From: Candidatus Foliamicus sp.
Lineage (GTDB): Bacteria > Pseudomonadota > Gammaproteobacteria > Steroidobacterales > Foliamicaceae
DNA: 64,000 nucleotides
NCBI GenBank assembly: GCA_965206955.1
Contig: OZ242252.1
Coordinates: 2,734,963 to 2,798,962, forward strand
Direction: 5' to 3'
Part shown: piece by piece, positions 55,518 to 64,000 of the stretch
How the letters are laid out: each line of letters opens with the position of its first letter
How positions within the stretch are numbered: position 1 is the first letter of the stretch
Notes under the pieces: generated by a model
What the model was told of the DNA's origin: nothing
Database searches by the model: none
The model's input: only the letters and a program-made list of their open reading frames with translations
Translations under genes and position numbers: made by a program

Positions 55518-56031
55518 TTACCCAACCTCAAAGCGAATCATGCTTCTCCACATGGGTTCCATTGCAAAAGGATGTTCGTCATAGGCGCGTTGCGCTAGTT
55601 TCTTGATGATCTCCGTGTGCAGGCGAACATCCCCTGCAGTCATCTGTACGCGGTACCCGCCCTCGCCCTTGTTCTCATAGGCGTAACTGGAGCGGCGTCT
55701 CTCCAAGCCACTGATCCACCTCCCGACAACGCCTAATGCGAAACGTGCATTCGGGGCCGGCAGCGCTCCTTTGGAACAGCACGAATTGACAGACGCGAAA
55801 CTTGAATGTCTTTCTCATAACGCGAACAGCTATGTAGGAATCCCTGTAGGCGAGCCGCAATGGGCCAGGAAGCTCGTCGCCGCCCATATCTTGCGCTAGT
55901 CCAAGAACGGCTTTTGCGAGCGCAACGGTGTCATAGTGCCGCCTCTTCCAGCGTTCCTTGTTTGAGAGTTCCCGGATTTCAGCTTTAGTCAGGGCCATAG
56001 GCTTATTCGGGCAGTTGGTGTGAAAGTGCAA
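55518..56031 (-). pseudogene. Hypothetical gene, probably frameshifted (two overlapping ORFs)
   Basis: ORFs 55675-56031 and 55518-55706 overlap in different frames. No motif recognised. Confidence 0.3.
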
Positions 56032-56112
56032 GCAGCAGGGAGCAAAAGGCGCGCGCGGGGGAGTGCGATCAGAAGTTAGCGCAAGATTAGCTGGCTGATC
56101 TTTCTCAATCCA

Positions 56113-56427
56113 TTAGGCGCCGAGAAACGTTAGCCCATCAGCCACGGCGTGGCCATTCGCGACACCAATGAAAACCTTAGACCGCCCGATGTTCATTTTG
56201 GAATCTACCCTTGTTCTTTGGTGGCTGGAATCAGTGGCAGTCTTCATCTGGAATACGCAGAAATCCTTGCACTCTGACGCGCGGGAGCCTTGAAAATACT
56301 GGCTGAAGGCGTGTTCGTAGGGGTCTGTGTTTACGTCCTGAACTATAGAATTGTTTCGGGATGCAAAGAATCGGATACGTTTCATCTTGTGCGTCTTGAA
56401 GGCAACGCCGCGCCTTCTGCGTTCCAT
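56113..56427 (-). CDS. Hypothetical small protein
   Basis: ORF only; start ambiguous (56427 or 56385). Confidence 0.35.
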   Translation of the reverse strand: MERRRRGVAFKTHKMKRIRFFASRNNSIVQDVNTDPYEHAFSQYFQGSRASECKDFCVFQMKTATDSSHQRTRVDSKMNIGRSKVFIGVANGHAVADGLTFLGA

Positions 56428-56468
56428 AAGGGCGACTTGCGCCCGCTGTTGTTTTTTCTCCTGGAGTA

Positions 56469-56984
56469 TCAGTCGTTCTGATCCGGATAACGTTTCTTCA
56501 GTTCAGTCTCGGTTTTCTCTCGGCACTCTTTCTTAAGATTGGCGTCCTCCCACAAGCCCGCCACTGCGCCCCAGCCGATCGCTTCGGTCAATCGTTCGGC
56601 GAGTCGCTGGTCTTCGCGCTGGATTTCCGATTCTTCCGCATTGGAAGTCCGAACCCGATTAAACAGGAACCGGTAGCTTTTCTGAACCTTCGTGCATTCC
56701 AGCGCAACAAATTGGGCCACAATTGCCTTCTTGCCGAAATTCAGGACGAAGCTGATAACGACCGCGGTAATGACGATTGTGGCAAAAACGAATTCCTGCC
56801 AGGTCTTCGGCGGGTGTTCGGCCAATAGCACTCCACCGCCCGTGACGGCAACTCCCAATAAGACCAGCCGTGTGTACAAATGTCCGCGCCCCATTCGGCG
56901 GCCCAATTCCTCGTAATAGTGAAGCAGTTGTCTTGAGCAAACGAGCGACTGCCACACTTCGTTTTGAGTTGAATCGTTTTTCAT
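56469..56984 (-). CDS. Two-TM helical protein, SLATT-like architecture
   Basis: Strong SD (ggaggagt) before the ATG at 56984. Helix, then TM (LVLLGVAVTGGGVLL), then TM (FVFATIVITAVVISFVL), then a long charged helical tail. Confidence 0.5.
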   Translation of the reverse strand: MKNDSTQNEVWQSLVCSRQLLHYYEELGRRMGRGHLYTRLVLLGVAVTGGGVLLAEHPPKTWQEFVFATIVITAVVISFVLNFGKKAIVAQFVALECTKVQKSYRFLFNRVRTSNAEESEIQREDQRLAERLTEAIGWGAVAGLWEDANLKKECREKTETELKKRYPDQND

Positions 56985-57162
56985 GGAAACTCCTCCTGCA
57001 TTCGAAAAGGGGGAGATCCATGCTAAAGGATCTGAGCATGGCATTCCGCAATGCTTATGATGCTGGGAAGATATGGGACTACTTCGCTTAGGTTGTCGCT
57101 TGGGCGAAAGCTAGTGATATTTTGGTCTATCATATAAACACTTTATGTTAATTTAAAACACC

Positions 57163-57504
57163 ATGAGCAGACCCAGCGGGATTACCACCGCACCCCCGGC
57201 CGAGGTTGAAGAGGCCATTCGCCGATTGGGATGGAACCTACGCACGGCTCGCCTGCGCAGGAGGCTGCGGATCGAGGATGTGGCGGATCGCATCGGCGCT
57301 TCCCGGTTTACCGTGGCGGATTTGGAGAGAGGCAAGGTCAGCGCTTCGATGGCGGCGTATGCAGGAGCATTGTGGGCCTTGGGGCTGCTGCCTCAAATGA
57401 CTGTTGTAGCTGACCCGGATTTTGACGAAGAAGGCAAGGTCCTCGAAGATGCCCGAAGACCGACCCAGGCACCGCGCCGGATGACCCTCGACAATGACTT
57501 CTGA
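57163..57504 (+). CDS. hipB: HipB-like XRE-HTH antitoxin
   Basis: LGWNLRTARLRRRLRIEDVADRIGASRFTVADLERGK. Overlaps hipA by 11 nt. Confidence 0.8.
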   Translation: MSRPSGITTAPPAEVEEAIRRLGWNLRTARLRRRLRIEDVADRIGASRFTVADLERGKVSASMAAYAGALWALGLLPQMTVVADPDFDEEGKVLEDARRPTQAPRRMTLDNDF

Positions 57505-58846
57505 CCAGGAATGCTTCGTGCATATCGTCTTGCCCGGCGAAACGGAATTCGTGCCGGCTGGACGCTTCCGGTTGAGTGCTTCGCGCAGTGGCGCTCCAGT
57601 CGGTCGGTTCGTCTACGGTCGCACTTACCTTAAGCGGAGCAATGCCGTGGAGTTGGACCCCGTGCAGTTGCGGCTGGGGGCACAGCCCTATGAAACCGCA
57701 CAACTAAAAGGGTTCTTCGGCGCCATCCGCGACTCAATGCCGGATGATTGGGGTCGGCGGGTCATGGAGAAGCGCTTCGGAGGAGTTCCGCTCGATGACT
57801 TTCATTACTTGATGGATGGACCCGATGATCGGTCTGGAGCGCTTGGTTTCAGCGATACCGTCACGCCTCCCAAACCGGCGCGGTCGTTTCCCGATGCGGT
57901 TCACCTGGACGAGTTGCAGGCATTCGCCGATGCGATTGTTGCAGGAGAGCCCGCATCTGACGCCCAGGCGATTGCGCATGCGGCAGACCTGCTTTCGCCA
58001 GAAACCTCGATGGGCGGCGCTCGTCCCAAGATCGTTGTTGAGAGCGCGGGCGAACTCTGGCTGGCCAAGTTCGCACACAGGGACGACCGATGGAATCACC
58101 CGCGCGTGGAGCACGGGCTGCTGGCGCTAGCGAAGGCGTGCGGCATCCGCGTCGCAGACAGCCGCGTGGAGACCATCGGTTCTCGCGATGTCTTGCTGGT
58201 TCGCCGCTTTGATCGCCAACGAGCCGACGGCGGGTTCTTCCGCCACCGAATGGTCAGCGCGCTCACGCTGCTTCGATCCGACAGCAGTGAAGCCGGTCGC
58301 CAACGTTGGTCCTACTTGCTGCTGGCCGATGAAGTTCGCCGGGTCAGTCCGGCACCAAAGCAGGATCTCAGCCAACTGTTCACGCGCATGTGCTTCAACG
58401 CTGCAGTGTCGAATTCCGATGACCATCCGCGCAACCACGCCCTGCTGGCTGAAGGCAGGACTTGGCGTTTGAGTCCTGCGTACGATGTGATGCCAATGCC
58501 GTCCCATGCGACAGGTCATGGATCCTTGGCCATGGCTTGCGGTCCATTAGGAAAGATGGCAAATAAAGACAATCTGATCGCTGGGGCGGGTCGGTTTCTG
58601 CTGAGCGAGGAGGAGGCCGAGCAGATCTTCCAACAGGTTTCCGAGCGGGTTCGCGCACAATGGGAACCTACACTGCGCCAATGCGGAGTGAGCGAAAGGG
58701 ATTGTCAGGCTATTGCGCCGGCGTTCCTGCAAACCGGCCTGTTGGATCTGTTGAAAGATCCGGACTTGCCCGAACGAATGCCGAGGCCAGGTAAGGCTTC
58801 GTCGACTCAGCCGTTAGCGAACGAGCCTTTCGGTTTATCTTCGTAA
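57494..58846 (+). CDS. hipA: HipA-family serine/threonine kinase toxin
   Basis: SMGGARPKIVVE, ...FNAAVSNSDDHPRNHALL. Confidence 0.9.
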   Translation: MTSDQECFVHIVLPGETEFVPAGRFRLSASRSGAPVGRFVYGRTYLKRSNAVELDPVQLRLGAQPYETAQLKGFFGAIRDSMPDDWGRRVMEKRFGGVPLDDFHYLMDGPDDRSGALGFSDTVTPPKPARSFPDAVHLDELQAFADAIVAGEPASDAQAIAHAADLLSPETSMGGARPKIVVESAGELWLAKFAHRDDRWNHPRVEHGLLALAKACGIRVADSRVETIGSRDVLLVRRFDRQRADGGFFRHRMVSALTLLRSDSSEAGRQRWSYLLLADEVRRVSPAPKQDLSQLFTRMCFNAAVSNSDDHPRNHALLAEGRTWRLSPAYDVMPMPSHATGHGSLAMACGPLGKMANKDNLIAGAGRFLLSEEEAEQIFQQVSERVRAQWEPTLRQCGVSERDCQAIAPAFLQTGLLDLLKDPDLPERMPRPGKASSTQPLANEPFGLSS

Positions 58847-59526
58847 AAGGCAATTGTCAGGTGCAGACGAACGGTCGACTTACCAACGAACAGCGATAGT
58901 GTTGTTCCGCGTGAGTCCAGATAGAGAGGGTCCCACTTTTTCAGACAGTTTTTCAGTCGTCGATAAGTGATGGGCCTTGCGGTTTCATGATTATGCTACC
59001 TGGTTAATCGACAGCACGCCAAAGTACGCCGCATCCGGCGTTAAGTCGCCATTCGCGGTATGCGGACGACGGCCATTGTATAACTCGGCTCTCGAACACC
59101 CACAGTACCGGTGAGCGCAGGGTTCTCTACGAGTTTCACCCCTGGGCGGGGCGGGATGTCAGCATAGATCAAGTGGTTGCCAAAGGTGGCGTTTCCGTAG
59201 CCCGCTGTCGCCTGCCCGGCAGCTCGCCCAGTCTTCCGCTTGAGTTGCCATGGTGGATGTTCGACCGGCTGGCTTGCTCGACGGTTCGTAGACGGGAGCG
59301 TGCGCAAGTCGATTAGACCGCGCTCCAAGCATTGCAGGACCTGTTGTCCCGGGTGGTCCGCGACGATGGGGGCGATAGTGACTTTCCCTCGACGGCTTGT
59401 GATCGGCGTTCAGACTTGCGGTCTGGTGACCGAAGTCAAGGAGCCGATCATGCACCCATCCCGCCCGAAGTCCATCCAATTGGTTCTGTTCGATCCTCCG
59501 GATCGCAACAGCCCGCTCCACACGCC

Positions 59527-59825
59527 GCAATGGCGGAGTCCGCCGCCACGAGTGCCGATCCACGCTGGTCACCAGTCAGTTACCGGTCGAGCACTGGCAC
59601 AAAATGATCGGCGAACCCACCCACGCCGACGCCATCCTCGATCGGCTCGTGCACAACGCCTATCGCATCACGCTGAAGGGAGAATCCATGCGAAAAGCCA
59701 ACGCCAAAGGAGGGAGATCACTTAAAGACCCGTCATAATATCCAAACCGCGTCGCTACGCTCCGACCGCCGGTAACTTTGCCGCGGAACAGTTGGTAACT
59801 TTCGCTGGAATAGGCACCGGAAGGC
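59527..59825 (+). mobile_element. istB: Second copy of IS21-family istB 3' end (type B) plus terminal repeats
   Basis: ..[47 protein letters not shown] then ggtaactttg / ggtaactttcgctggaat repeats. Near-identical to 49560-49890. The upstream region 59041-59526 looks like degraded mobile-element sequence. Confidence 0.7.
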
Positions 59826-59947
59826 AGGACGCAATGCTCTCATATTGCTCAGCGGTGATTTCCATCCATAGATCGTACCAAAATTAGGCCCATTAGTGTT
59901 AACAGGCCTTAGTAGCGCAATCTTTGACGACCTTGAGTTCAGACAGG

Positions 59948-61003
59948 TCAGTCGGAAACCCCCGACGAGGGTTCTAAGACAGAACGCGGTTTATCAGTCC
60001 TCCGTAGACGGTCAACTTCGATCACTTTCCGCAGCCAGTTTGGGTCAGGCATTTGTGTTATAGCCGCGTATTCGAAGTCGTCGAAATCGCTCGGCGCCCG
60101 GCCGAGTTTCATCGCGACCCCTCGCAGGAAGGATAACCAGGGGACAGTAATACCCCAGCCAATGTTGATCCCGATAAGGTTACCCTTACGATCAAGAGTC
60201 GGCGCCCCGCTGTCGCCAGAAACAAGCGGAATGTCGTGAATTATGTCCACCCACGCAGGCGAGGAGCCGCGGGGCTCCCGTCTATCGACAGACAGAATGT
60301 GGCCCGCTGCCAGGATTGCACCGTCTGGAAAACTATCAAAGTGCTCAAAGGGCCAGCCAGCGCTGATGATCGGTTCATTGATTCGCGGGAGTTCGTCGGC
60401 AAGTTTAAGCGGTTTCAATGGCCCCACATCCGCATGGATAATTGCGAAATCCAGCGGAATCTCGGGATCTTCAGGATCCCATTTAAAATCCGAATAATCC
60501 TCTGATCTCCAAACAACTCGGGCCGGCATCGTCCGGCCACTTAGGTGACCGTCTTCATGCCAGACGGCCACGGAGAGGTCCAAGGTCTCAGCATCCCTTA
60601 CGCAGTGGACTGCAGTCAAGAAATAGCCATCTATTGAAATGGGCACAGCTGATCCGGTTAACGCGTTCCCTCCCGGTTTCCCCTCGCCGGAGAATCCCGA
60701 ATCATCGATCGTCATAGAGACTGAGTCAAAATTGCGAAAAACAATGGCGGTTCGTAGCCCAAGAGTCTCGATCATGGGAAAGCCGTCCAGCCTTGCAGTT
60801 TCCCAGCCGTTCAGGCTGTCAGCTTTTCTGGCAGCGATCGTTCGTTGCAACTGCGTTATTGCCGCCTGGGAAATGCATCCGGAAAGAAGTACGAGGGCGA
60901 TACCAGCGACAAAGGCGAACCCGATTTTCTGCCGCAATCTCCGCCGGTATCGCCTCCCGCGTGCATGAGTGCCAACAGCTACGATTGGCGGGCGTTGCCC
61001 CAT
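59948..61003 (-). CDS. Trypsin-like (S1) serine protease, membrane- or lipid-anchored
   Basis: Triad contexts LTAVHC, DFAIIH, SGDSGAP. N-terminal FVAGIALVLLSGC. Start at 61003 chosen (alternative 61108). The ORF extension to 61282 overlaps an IS remnant. Confidence 0.8.
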   Translation of the reverse strand: MGQRPPIVAVGTHARGRRYRRRLRQKIGFAFVAGIALVLLSGCISQAAITQLQRTIAARKADSLNGWETARLDGFPMIETLGLRTAIVFRNFDSVSMTIDDSGFSGEGKPGGNALTGSAVPISIDGYFLTAVHCVRDAETLDLSVAVWHEDGHLSGRTMPARVVWRSEDYSDFKWDPEDPEIPLDFAIIHADVGPLKPLKLADELPRINEPIISAGWPFEHFDSFPDGAILAAGHILSVDRREPRGSSPAWVDIIHDIPLVSGDSGAPTLDRKGNLIGINIGWGITVPWLSFLRGVAMKLGRAPSDFDDFEYAAITQMPDPNWLRKVIEVDRLRRTDKPRSVLEPSSGVSD

Positions 61004-61207
61004 ACAACAAGCGAGGGAGTGCTGCCTAGCATTCGGCGCGGCGTCTTCAAAGATAGCTTGGTTCACCACCGGATGTGGATGCGCTGCTGGAATTTGAAAC
61101 GGGATCATACCACTTGCAGCGCCACGGCTCCTTCTCCGCGATTGTCTTGGGGCGGACCATTTCATTGATTGATGAGGAAAGTAATCTGAAGTCGATAGTG
61201 CCACTGA

Positions 61208-61440
61208 GGGGCTACCCAAAAACTGGGCCACGGAGGATGTGATTTCTGACAAACTTTGAACTTGCCCCCTTCTCTGGGCCACCCGATGCGAGAAAATCTC
61301 GGCTTTTGAAGGGCCCCATTTTTCCGTACCAGTTCGTTAGCGAATTTCTGACCTTCGTTCGGCCCATCGGGCCTTGAATTCCAAGGGCGAGAGCTCATCG
61401 AGAGACCGGTGAGGCCGAATCTCGTATTGGAAAGGCGGCA
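61208..61440 (-). mobile_element. IS3 end remnant (terminal sequence plus last about 30 codons of orfB)
   Basis: gggctacccaaaaactgggccacggaggatgtgatttctgacaaac is the reverse complement of 40001-40045, and 61313-61425 matches 38843-38945. Confidence 0.6.
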
Positions 61441-61469
61441 GAGCACTCAGTCCGTCATCCGCGTCGTGA

Positions 61470-61565
61470 CGCTCCGGGCGGTAACTATCCCCTGGAATCA
61501 GCGGTAACTTTCCGCTGGAATGGGTGGTAACTTTCGCGTGGAATCAGTGGTAACTATCGCGTGGA
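61470..61565. repeat. Orphan IS21-type terminal multi-repeat (4 x ggtaact(t/a)t(c)cNc(g/t)tggaat)
   Basis: Read directly. Related to 59770-59825. No adjacent istAB. Confidence 0.5.
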
Positions 61566-61728
61566 ATCAAAGGCAATTAAGAGATTTTCAGCCGAAAGAT
61601 CATCGATTACGGGCCCTCTAGCCTCAAGCAACTTCAAGATCGGGCGATAGTCGCTAGTTAGAACCAATTCTCGAGTGTCGGGCTTCCTATAGCCACTGAA
61701 TACTGGAAGCAGTGCTATGTCGGTATCT

Positions 61729-62043
61729 CTACGTCCGGGTCGCCGGGGAGGTTGGATCAATTGAGGAGAGCCGCGGAGTCAATACCGCAATCAGCGAACA
61801 AAAGAGAATAGTTAGAAGGTCAACTGGAAAGTCATAAAAGGACATGTCCTCCCAGCCCAACTTAAGGCCCGCTACAAGAACGGAAACAGGCCACGAAAAT
61901 AATAGGAGGACAACACCAACAAGGGCGGAATTAAAGAAGAGGTGATAGCCCGTCTGGCCGAATATCCAGTATCTGGTTTTTTCTGATCTTGTTAGAACCC
62001 AATAGCCGCACAGTACCGGGATAAGCAAGGCACTAAGAGTCAT
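61729..62043 (-). CDS. Hypothetical membrane protein, 3' end probably disrupted
   Basis: Three hydrophobic segments. ATGA overlap with the upstream small gene. The overlapping ORF 61554-61760 runs into the IS21-type repeats. Confidence 0.4.
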   Translation of the reverse strand: MTLSALLIPVLCGYWVLTRSEKTRYWIFGQTGYHLFFNSALVGVVLLLFSWPVSVLVAGLKLGWEDMSFYDFPVDLLTILFCSLIAVLTPRLSSIDPTSPATRT

Positions 62044-62258
62044 GCCTCTTTAGGTGATAAGTTGCCTGTTTCAAAAGTTGGAATATCTACCTTTGCCAAG
62101 ATTTCCTTCAATTGTTCGCTGTGCAGAAGATCGTCGGGATTCACGTAGAAGCCTCCATTTCTGGTGACATGCACTTCAAGAGCATTGTCCTTCCTGAGCG
62201 CCTTTGTCTTGTCAGCAGTCTTTTGCTTGGCGCGGCGAGGAATGATAGGCATTGGCAT
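62040..62258 (-). CDS. Hypothetical small basic protein
   Basis: ORF translationally coupled to 61729-62043. Confidence 0.4.
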   Translation of the reverse strand: MPMPIIPRRAKQKTADKTKALRKDNALEVHVTRNGGFYVNPDDLLHSEQLKEILAKVDIPTFETGNLSPKEA

Positions 62259-62572
62259 GGTGGCTCCTTAGATGGATAGAACAGTGTACGACAACGCAAA
62301 GTACTCTCGTTACCTGTTTTATTGGTTGCTCTTGCCTACTATTGGGTGCCCATCAAATAAACGAGAGTTTTCCAAACAATTACGGTGGCCTATCCTTGAG
62401 ACTATCCTGATTGTCGTGCCCGATGACCAATATTGAAAGAGCTTTATTGTTCTTACTTAGCGGCGGATTGTGTAGTTTCACCTCGCTCCTTTTTGATTCC
62501 CGCTATTAGCAAAGTCCAAGAACATCCGCAAGAACGGCGGGGCACGTCCAAGGCATTCAGCTAAGTTGAAAA

Positions 62573-63499
62573 CTATGCTGCGTTCCGAAATAGCTCATAC
62601 CGTTGCGCCAATCGATCCCTATCCGGAAGGTCTGAGGATCGGCGTGGCAGGTGCATCTTCCCACCGTCGAGTAACTTAAGTGCATCAAGCATCTTGCCGT
62701 CGTGCTGCTCAAGAAGGCGGTCCGAAACGTGCACGCGATAGTCGGGATCGATGCCGATCAGGTAGGCGTCGAAGGCTGCGTGATGGATCTTCGACAGCGG
62801 TAATCCATTGGGCACGACGGGCTGTCCCAACTGCTCGTTGGCGTCAGGAATGATGTGTGCGGCGTCGAGCAGCCGTTTCTCCGGCAGGCCGGAAAGTGAA
62901 CAGCGACCCCGATACGCACTGATCACCGCCTCGCGGAACGACGCCTGGTGAAGCCGCTGCTTGACAGAGCGCAGCGCGTAACGGCGCTCCTGGACGTCTT
63001 GGGGAGCCACAAGTTCTTGTTGATCCGGAGCGCCGAACACGATCCGGGCTTTGAGCGCCTTTGCATCCCAGCCGGCCACATACACCGGCACAATGGCCTG
63101 GTAACGGCCGGGCGCGATGCCGAGGAAATAGATCACCGGTATCCGGTTTTCGCATGCCGCTCGAAGCCATTGGTTGTCGGCGGCGTTCGGGGCATTCCCC
63201 ATAAAGGCGTAGTCGATCGCGTCGTCGCCTTCGAAAATCTGGCGGTGGACTTCCCGCTGATCGTCGTACCAGACCCGTCCGCCCGGACGAGGAAACACGG
63301 TCCTGATCGAGAGCAGGTAATGCATGCTCCTTGGCTTGAATATCCCGCGCTGCGGGTTCACGAGGGGGACACGCTGACCGTCGAAGATGAACCCGGAGCG
63401 CAACTCCTCTTGCGTGAGGTGGTCATGCATTTTGCTCAGGAGGCTGACGCGCTCGAAGGCGGCGAGGCGCATCAGGATGTCGGTGTCGTTGGAGCTCAC
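62573..63499 (-). CDS. HNH (HNH_2-type) endonuclease with PUA/SRA-like N-terminal domain, copy C, intact
   Basis: GTG start shared with copies A and B (VSSNDTD..). RGIFKP..LSIRT..YDD..IDYAFMG...DNQWL...IPVIYFLGI.PGRYQAIVPVYV, then RGRCSLSG..DAAHIIP..LSKIHHAAFD. The ORF extends to 63571 (TTG). Confidence 0.85.
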   Translation of the reverse strand: MSSNDTDILMRLAAFERVSLLSKMHDHLTQEELRSGFIFDGQRVPLVNPQRGIFKPRSMHYLLSIRTVFPRPGGRVWYDDQREVHRQIFEGDDAIDYAFMGNAPNAADNQWLRAACENRIPVIYFLGIAPGRYQAIVPVYVAGWDAKALKARIVFGAPDQQELVAPQDVQERRYALRSVKQRLHQASFREAVISAYRGRCSLSGLPEKRLLDAAHIIPDANEQLGQPVVPNGLPLSKIHHAAFDAYLIGIDPDYRVHVSDRLLEQHDGKMLDALKLLDGGKMHLPRRSSDLPDRDRLAQRYELFRNAA

Positions 63500-63809
63500 G
63501 CGGTGCTTGTCAGTTGGATTATGAATGCCTGGCCGGAAACTTACAGATTTCGGCGGCTTGGGGTTGGTCAATAAAGAAATTGCTTTCGTTTCGCGTCAAT
63601 TGGATGTGTGCTTGCAATTGTCCGCAATGCGGTCGCTATTATTCAACCCGCCTATGTCCTGTTAGAGCGGTTGAAGCAATGGATGCGATTTTGTTTTGGT
63701 TCGGCGTCTTCGCCTTGGGACTCGCGGTGGCCTGGCTGGTAGGCTGGTTGCTGTTTCGCTAGCACAATCCGGGCCAATGACACAGGTCATTCTCAAAATC
63801 GCCGTCTAG

Positions 63810-64000
63810 ATGGAGTCTTTTCGGGAATTCCTTTCTCAGTCACTGCTACTGAGCAGTGTCTTCGCCATTCTGTTCATAGCATCCGGCATTTTTGTTGCCT
63901 GCTACATCGTCCAACCAGGTATCTACAAGCTGGTGGACTGGATCCTCGGGCCGGAGCATCGGGCCGCAAAGCGCGAACGTGAAGCCCAAGCGGCCGCGCA
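63810..64000 (+). CDS. Hypothetical membrane protein, 3' end outside window
   Basis: MESFREFLSQSLLLSSVFAILFIASGIFVACYIV...; open to the window end. Confidence 0.3.
   Translation, partial: MESFREFLSQSLLLSSVFAILFIASGIFVACYIVQPGIYKLVDWILGPEHRAAKREREAQAAA

Noticed and set aside
59041-59526. ORFs 59041-59328, 59159-59572 and 59240-59725 upstream of the second istB fragment
   Set aside because: They are mutually overlapping, low-complexity and interrupted in every frame. One frame (..RVLYEFHPWAGRDVSIDQVV..LPWWMFD..) looks like a mobile-element accessory protein remnant, but I cannot name it with confidence.
63514-63762. 82-aa ORF with a Cys-rich stretch (MCACNCPQCGRYYSTRL) divergent from HNH copy C
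   Set aside because: The Cys-rich part lies in the repeated leader, so its conservation in copy B is explained by the DNA repeat. Upstream of the ATG, copy B has an in-frame TAG. Downstream of ..STRL the copies diverge completely, and copy A lacks the ATG. A short TM peptide from the internal Met (MDAILFWFGVFALGLAVAWL..) remains possible but unsupported.

Overview
The window has two parts. Bases 1 to about 26.2 kb are visibly GC-rich core chromosome. They carry housekeeping genes: moeA, a TonB-dependent receptor, a class-III aminotransferase, a TlpA-like redoxin, an HTTM/DCC plus fatty-acid-hydroxylase operon, moaB, gloB, an NmrA-like gene, a ChaN-PDZ protein and a large M1+M28+PDZ peptidase. 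Many type II toxin-antitoxin (TA) modules are inserted between them: orphan higA, vapBC, parDE, a Panacea-type pair, parD with amber-killed parE, and higBA. The intergenic spaces hold a family of REP-like palindromic repeats built on the hairpin GAGGGC-N5-GCCCTC. The stretch between the NmrA gene and the ChaN gene is a TA hotspot containing decayed duplicates of its own flanks.

From about 26.2 kb to the window end the sequence is lower in GC, mosaic, and lacks the REP family. It reads as an accessory or defence island built from modules separated by IS3, IS4 and IS21 remnants. The modules are:
- a composite m5C restriction-modification (R-M) cluster (2 Dcm, 2 HNH, a GHKL ATPase with an HEPN-like tail, Vsr);
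- a pentapeptide-K+ channel translationally coupled to a nucleotidyltransferase;
- an IS4-split secreted-protein gene with an intact 9-bp target duplication;
- a PD-(D/E)xK two-gene cassette of unknown function;
- a three-gene cassette of a thymidylate-synthase homologue (apparently cytosine-type), a UDG-like protein and an unknown protein;
- an HTH-ImmA/HigB-like pair, and hipBA;
- three about 1.1-kb paralogous copies of an HNH (PUA/SRA-like N-terminus) nuclease gene, two of them each inactivated by a single amber codon.

The ThyA-like/UDG-like/unknown trio is my best candidate for an undescribed system. The channel-NTase pair and the PD-(D/E)xK pair are secondary candidates. All calls come from reading motifs by eye with no database search. 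Repeat and IS boundaries are good to a few bp at best.
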